From an uncultured virus (IMG/VR IMGVR_UViG_3300044846_003060) (lineage: Duplodnaviria > Heunggongvirae > Uroviricota > Caudoviricetes), in IMG/VR virus record IMGVR_UViG_3300044846_003060: 20,000 nt of DNA. One strand, given 5' to 3'. A model generated the notes under the pieces. That model had not been told where the DNA came from, did no database searches, and saw only the letters and a program-made list of their open reading frames with translations. The position numbers and the translations under genes were made by a program. Positions 16,621 through 20,000 of this stretch are shown here, in pieces. Each line of letters begins with the position of its first letter. The first letter of the stretch is position 1.

Positions 16621-16917
16621 TTAATAATCCAAATCTCCCGGTTGAGAGGCAAAGAACTCTTCAGTGTCTTCAAGTGGATGGTCAATGAGCCACTGATTGA
16701 TTTCTTCAGATGTCATATAACCTGTTGGGTCATACATATTCTTGGTGTCCCACATTTCAAATGTTCTAACTCCATCACCGTGTAAACCAAACCCACCACC
16801 AACAATACTTATCATATTGTCATTAACATCATTAAGTTCATATAAATACTGAACTGCTCCCGGAATACAGTGATGTATTTTTTTACTAAAGTCATCAGGA
16901 AATTTAAGTGTTTTCAT
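16621..16917 (-). CDS. hypothetical protein
   Basis: 98 aa (ISIVGGGFGLHGDGVRTFEMW) between motif and terminator. Confidence 0.8.
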   Translation of the reverse strand: MKTLKFPDDFSKKIHHCIPGAVQYLYELNDVNDNMISIVGGGFGLHGDGVRTFEMWDTKNMYDPTGYMTSEEINQWLIDHPLEDTEEFFASQPGDLDY

Positions 16918-16959
16918 AATAAATGATTTAAAGTTTAAAAAAAGTATTGAGAGGTTTTT

Positions 16960-16985
16960 AAAAAAAAGAAAAGGGCAACTGCCCT
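16960..16985 (-). terminator. intrinsic terminator
   Basis: AGGGC-AGUU-GCCCU followed by UUUCUUUUUUU. Confidence 0.75.
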
Positions 16986-17193
16986 AATCCCAACTTAATC
17001 CAAATAACTCTTGTTTTAAATTGTCAACTTTAAACCTAATGTCATCTATATCTTTGTCTAACAAATGTCTAATCTCTGTTTTAGTCAGAGAGTCTCCGTG
17101 TTTCAGGATATTTAATCCATCAAGTTCTTCAATCAAATTAATGAGTTCATTGTCATTAATTGGTGCAATAAGCAAAATTACTGTTCTAATCAT
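16984..17193 (-). CDS. hypothetical protein
   Basis: 69 aa between motif and terminator. Confidence 0.75.
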   Translation of the reverse strand: MIRTVILLIAPINDNELINLIEELDGLNILKHGDSLTKTEIRHLLDKDIDDIRFKVDNLKQELFGLSWD

Positions 17194-17249
17194 CTTTTCA
17201 AAATTTAAAGTTAAAACAAGTATTGAGAGGTTTAAAAAACAAAAGAGGG

Positions 17250-17417
17250 TTAATACCCTCCTTCATTCATTTGATCTTCAGCTTGGCTTACTAATCTCTC
17301 TACATAGTTTTGAAAGAGTTGTCTTCTAGCTTGTAACTTAAGTTGCTCTGCTTCTAGTTCTTCAATCTGCTGATTTAATAATTCAATTTCATCAAACAAT
17401 ACTTGTGTCTTTTCCAT
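17250..17417 (-). CDS. 55-aa coiled-coil protein (not in ORF track)
   Basis: MEKTQVLFDEIELLNQQIEELEAEQLKLQARRQLFQNYVERLVSQAEDQMNEGGY*; motif at 17441, terminator GAGGGU/ACCCUC plus U-run at 17234-17260. Confidence 0.75.
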   Translation of the reverse strand: MEKTQVLFDEIELLNQQIEELEAEQLKLQARRQLFQNYVERLVSQAEDQMNEGGY

Positions 17418-17478
17418 GATATTTTATTTAAAGTTAAAACTAGTTATGAGAGGTTTAATTAAAAAAAAGATAACCCTT

Positions 17479-17733
17479 TTACAGGTTATCTACATTGATT
17501 AATGAATCAAGTTGTGAGTACTTGCCACCATATACTCTATGAGTGTCATAGTTCTCAATCCAAATTGAGTCCTCACTTACTTCAAGATAATATTCAATGT
17601 CAATGTTACCACCAACATCTCTATAATCTTTTACAGGTTCATCTGATTTTGCAACCAAATATCCCATTACAAATCCTGATGCAATTACACCTAGTGCAAT
17701 ACATACTGCTGCTACCATTTCTCTTTTTGTCAT
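17479..17733 (-). CDS. membrane-anchored hypothetical protein
   Basis: N-terminal TM; followed by a GAUAACC/GGUUAUC hairpin and U-run at 17461-17490. Confidence 0.8.
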   Translation of the reverse strand: MTKREMVAAVCIALGVIASGFVMGYLVAKSDEPVKDYRDVGGNIDIEYYLEVSEDSIWIENYDTHRVYGGKYSQLDSLINVDNL

Positions 17734-17785
17734 AAGTTTATATTTAAAACAAGTAATGAGAGGTTTATTAAAAAGAAAAACCTGA

Positions 17786-17980
17786 TTACTCAGGTTTAAT
17801 TAGTATCTCATAATTGAGATATTTTTCTCCAACAGGTGTTATTCTGTGTTTGATGTATCTCCTTTCAGTTATTAATTGGTTAATTAATACTTGAATTTGT
17901 ACAGCAGTAAAGAATCCTGTTGATTTATCAGGTGTTAATTGTGTTAAATCAACAGTGATAATTTTAAATTTGAAATTCAT
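17786..17980 (-). CDS. hypothetical protein
   Basis: 64 aa; followed by AAACCUGA-GUAA-UCAGGUUU and U-run. Confidence 0.75.
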   Translation of the reverse strand: MNFKFKIITVDLTQLTPDKSTGFFTAVQIQVLINQLITERRYIKHRITPVGEKYLNYEILIKPE

Positions 17981-18038
17981 AAGATTAAGATTTAAAGTTA
18001 AACTAAGTTATGTGAGGTTTATTAAATAATAAAGGGAG

Positions 18039-18239
18039 TTATATAACCCCCTTATTGTATGCAGCTGCAATTGTCTTTGGATCTACATAGAACTTCTTAA
18101 CTTGGAAATCCATAGCAGGTGGAACCAGCCTTATATATTCAAGAGCTTGTGCAGCAGCTTGCCTTGGATTAGGAGTTGTTGGTAGTTCATGAACAGGATT
18201 GCCAAAGTAATCTAAGATAACAGAATAAAATAAATACAT
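18039..18239 (-). CDS. hypothetical protein
   Basis: 66 aa; first gene of the minus-strand block, motif at 18263, hairpin at about 18023-18053. Confidence 0.75.
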   Translation of the reverse strand: MYLFYSVILDYFGNPVHELPTTPNPRQAAAQALEYIRLVPPAMDFQVKKFYVDPKTIAAAYNKGVI

Positions 18240-18435
18240 AATATTAAATTTAAAGTTAAGTCAAGTCATGTGAGGTTTTTTCTGTAGCAAATATTTTTCA
18301 ATCACACTATATATATGAGATAAGCTTGCCACAGCTGATAGGGGGTACCACCCTGCAGCCAGCCGGTGGGGGCCAGCTTATATAGGACCCACCACTAGCT
18401 CTTATTTACAACATTTTAAATTCCAAAAAAAATTT

Positions 18436-18443
18436 TATATTTG
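18436..18443 (+). promoter_or_regulatory. Bacteroidota-type -7 promoter box (TATATTTG); further copies at 19534-19541 and 19628-19635
   Basis: TAnnTTTG in each intergenic gap of the + strand block. Confidence 0.65.
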
Positions 18444-18447
18444 TCTT

Positions 18448-18891
18448 ATGAAAAAGTATGACATGGGTAAGTACATACTCTTTGCTGGAGAGAATGCTAC
18501 TAAGATATTTGACTACTATAAAGTAGATGAAATGCATGGTTTAAACAGAAAGGATGCCCAGGCAGAAGAAGTAGACAAGACTAAAGGTAATGGGGTTTAT
18601 ATGTATGGGTGGACTAACTATGATCCAGCTGATAAAAAGCTTACTGGTAAGAAGCCATATCTCCCTTTTCTGTTTATTAACCTAGGTGCATTTAAAAGGT
18701 ACAGTACTACAGAGAAAGCTACAGCAGTTATGCATGAAACTATGCATATGAGTATTCTCTTGAACAACTGGAACATCAAAGATAAAGAAGAAGAGGTTAT
18801 TACTTTTGCTGAAGATGAAGCTAATAAGATTATTGATATACTAGGATTTGAAACAAAAGAACAACCTAAGAAAGGATTCTTCAAAAAATAA
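18448..18891 (+). CDS. putative zinc metallopeptidase-like protein
   Basis: HExxH motif (MHETMH) followed by EEE. Confidence 0.6.
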   Translation: MKKYDMGKYILFAGENATKIFDYYKVDEMHGLNRKDAQAEEVDKTKGNGVYMYGWTNYDPADKKLTGKKPYLPFLFINLGAFKRYSTTEKATAVMHETMHMSILLNNWNIKDKEEEVITFAEDEANKIIDILGFETKEQPKKGFFKK

Positions 18892-18894
18892 CAT

Positions 18895-19527
18895 ATGGCA
18901 TATATAGAACATAACTTCTTTCCTCTGAAAGTATTTGTTAGGAATGAGTACATGTATCAACATCAAAAGGGTCAAGGTGAATTTACACCTGGGGTAGTAA
19001 TATCTGTTAGATGTATGCCGGGACAGGCTGCATTGTTTCAAGTGCTGTTAGAGAACGGAGTACTTAGGGACAAGTTACCCTCCCATGCTCTACTGACAGA
19101 ACCTGAACTTCCAGATCCAGATTTACCATTTCATTATCTGCAGATATGGAATTGTTTTTCTTATAACTTTACCTTAATCCATCTATCATATCTTTATGAT
19201 ACTCCCGTACAGGTTTACATGAAGGATAAAAAGTTCTACCCTGGAAAATATTATGCTACAATTAACTGGGGTTCTAATGATCCTAACACAGATCTATCTC
19301 TAGCAGAAGATCCATTGGAGCATAAGTCACATCATATTATTCTTTTAGACAATGGGCAAATAGCTCTGCAACCTAACAACCGTATTAAATGGTCTGAACC
19401 TTCATTTGTAACTAAGCCATTTCCAGAGAAGCCTGATTATCTAGTAAACAAAGACTGGTATAATTGTGAAGGATTTGAAAAATGGCAGACAGAAGATTCT
19501 GATAGAATGTTTTATGATAACGAATAA
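18895..19527 (+). CDS. phage hypothetical protein
   Basis: 210-aa ORF with LQIWNCFS, EHKSHH and ALQPNNRI blocks; function unknown. Confidence 0.8.
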   Translation: MAYIEHNFFPLKVFVRNEYMYQHQKGQGEFTPGVVISVRCMPGQAALFQVLLENGVLRDKLPSHALLTEPELPDPDLPFHYLQIWNCFSYNFTLIHLSYLYDTPVQVYMKDKKFYPGKYYATINWGSNDPNTDLSLAEDPLEHKSHHIILLDNGQIALQPNNRIKWSEPSFVTKPFPEKPDYLVNKDWYNCEGFEKWQTEDSDRMFYDNE

Positions 19528-19574
19528 TTTTATTATATTTGCATAGTTCATATTATAAGTTTATTTGATTAATG

Positions 19575-19612
19575 CTAGAGACCCTGGAAATTTTTCCGGG
19601 GTTTTTAGTTTA
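19575..19612 (+). terminator. hairpin/terminator
   Basis: CUAGAGACCCUGGAAA/UUUCCGGGGUUUUUAG with G-U pairs on the + strand. Confidence 0.7.
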
Positions 19613-19659
19613 AACAAAAAAAGTTTTTATATTTGCTATCACTAAGTTTATTATATGAA

Positions 19660-19953
19660 ATGACTGATCAGCAAAAAAAGTTATGGTTGCATGTTGCAGA
19701 AAAAACAGGATCTAACTTAGAAGCTAGAATGGTATATGATGAGCTGATAAAAATACTTGATATGGAAAAAGATACAGTAATTGTCTCTATCACAGAAACA
19801 GACGGAGGATTAGAAGTAAGAGTTAATGAAGGGGCTTATGGTAATGCCCATATCATAGGTATATTAGAAAGAATTAAATTCACTTTATTAAGTGAAGAAC
19901 CAGTTAGTATGGAAAAATTGCCAGTGCAAACAGAGCAAAAGTATGATGCGTAA
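19660..19953 (+). CDS. hypothetical protein
   Basis: ATG at 19660 (MTDQQKKLW) lies downstream of a promoter box. Confidence 0.7.
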   Translation: MTDQQKKLWLHVAEKTGSNLEARMVYDELIKILDMEKDTVIVSITETDGGLEVRVNEGAYGNAHIIGILERIKFTLLSEEPVSMEKLPVQTEQKYDA

Positions 19954-19971
19954 ATTTTAAAAACCAACAAT

Positions 19972-20000
19972 ATGAGTAAATCATTTAAAAAACTAAGAGG
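19972..20000 (+). CDS. start of a gene running off the window (MSKSFKKLR...)
   Basis: ATG after an A/C-rich leader, open to the window end. Confidence 0.5.

Larger units (their letters stand above)
16037..18278 (-). promoter_or_regulatory. eight copies of a 16-bp motif (minus consensus AAACCTCWCAWWACTT), putative phage promoter
   Basis: + strand AAGTWWTGWGAGGTTT (near-consensus) starting at 16037, 16531, 16942, 17218, 17441, 17751, 18005 and 18263; seven lie 17-33 nt upstream of an ATG. Confidence 0.8.

Noticed and set aside
16037..18278. Classical integron attC array
   Set aside because: No RYYYAAC...GTTRRRY imperfect palindromes and no integrase; the motif is asymmetric and sits at a near-fixed distance from start codons
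3884..19041. Overlapping ORF-track entries 3884-4108, 9266-9460, 9381-9578, 9632-9814, 10933-11145, 13511-13741, 13764-13997, 15226-15441, 16101-16286, 16265-16501, 17021-17329, 17502-17735, 18618-18953, 18841-19041
   Set aside because: They overlap better-supported genes in another frame or strand and lack leaders or recognisable motifs
1..20000. Stop-codon reassignment as in some crAss-like phages
   Set aside because: The standard code gives dense, intact genes, and TAG/TGA stops abut the next start codons
19972..20000. Functional call (e.g. GroES-like) for the last ORF
   Set aside because: Only nine codons are visible

Overview
AT-rich, densely coding segment of a tailed dsDNA phage genome, probably infecting a Bacteroidota host (TAnnTTTG -7 promoter boxes, AT-rich leaders without Shine-Dalgarno sites, Bacteroidota-type ClpS). 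Positions 1-18240 are almost entirely minus-strand. They carry replication/repair genes (DnaB-like helicase, uracil-DNA glycosylase, NinB-like protein, spore-photoproduct-lyase-like radical SAM enzyme, SF2 helicase, HNH protein, ClpS) and many small hypothetical genes. Transcription switches to + after a GC-rich hairpin island at about 18320-18400. The most interesting signals lie outside the ORF track. (1) A DUF2828/Ro60-like vWA gene is preceded by three tandem, covarying RNA stem-loops that share a CAGCAC bulge, and a tRNA-like gene with a 37-nt anticodon-loop insertion lies 1.4 kb downstream; together these are a candidate phage Ro/Y-RNA-like system. (2) Four identical 21-bp repeats delimit three single-gene cassettes and supply their start codons and two of their stop codons. 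(3) Eight copies of a 16-bp motif head an array of motif-gene-terminator units. (4) There are further candidate ncRNAs and strong CpG depletion. All calls were made by eye from motifs; no searches or folding programs were run.
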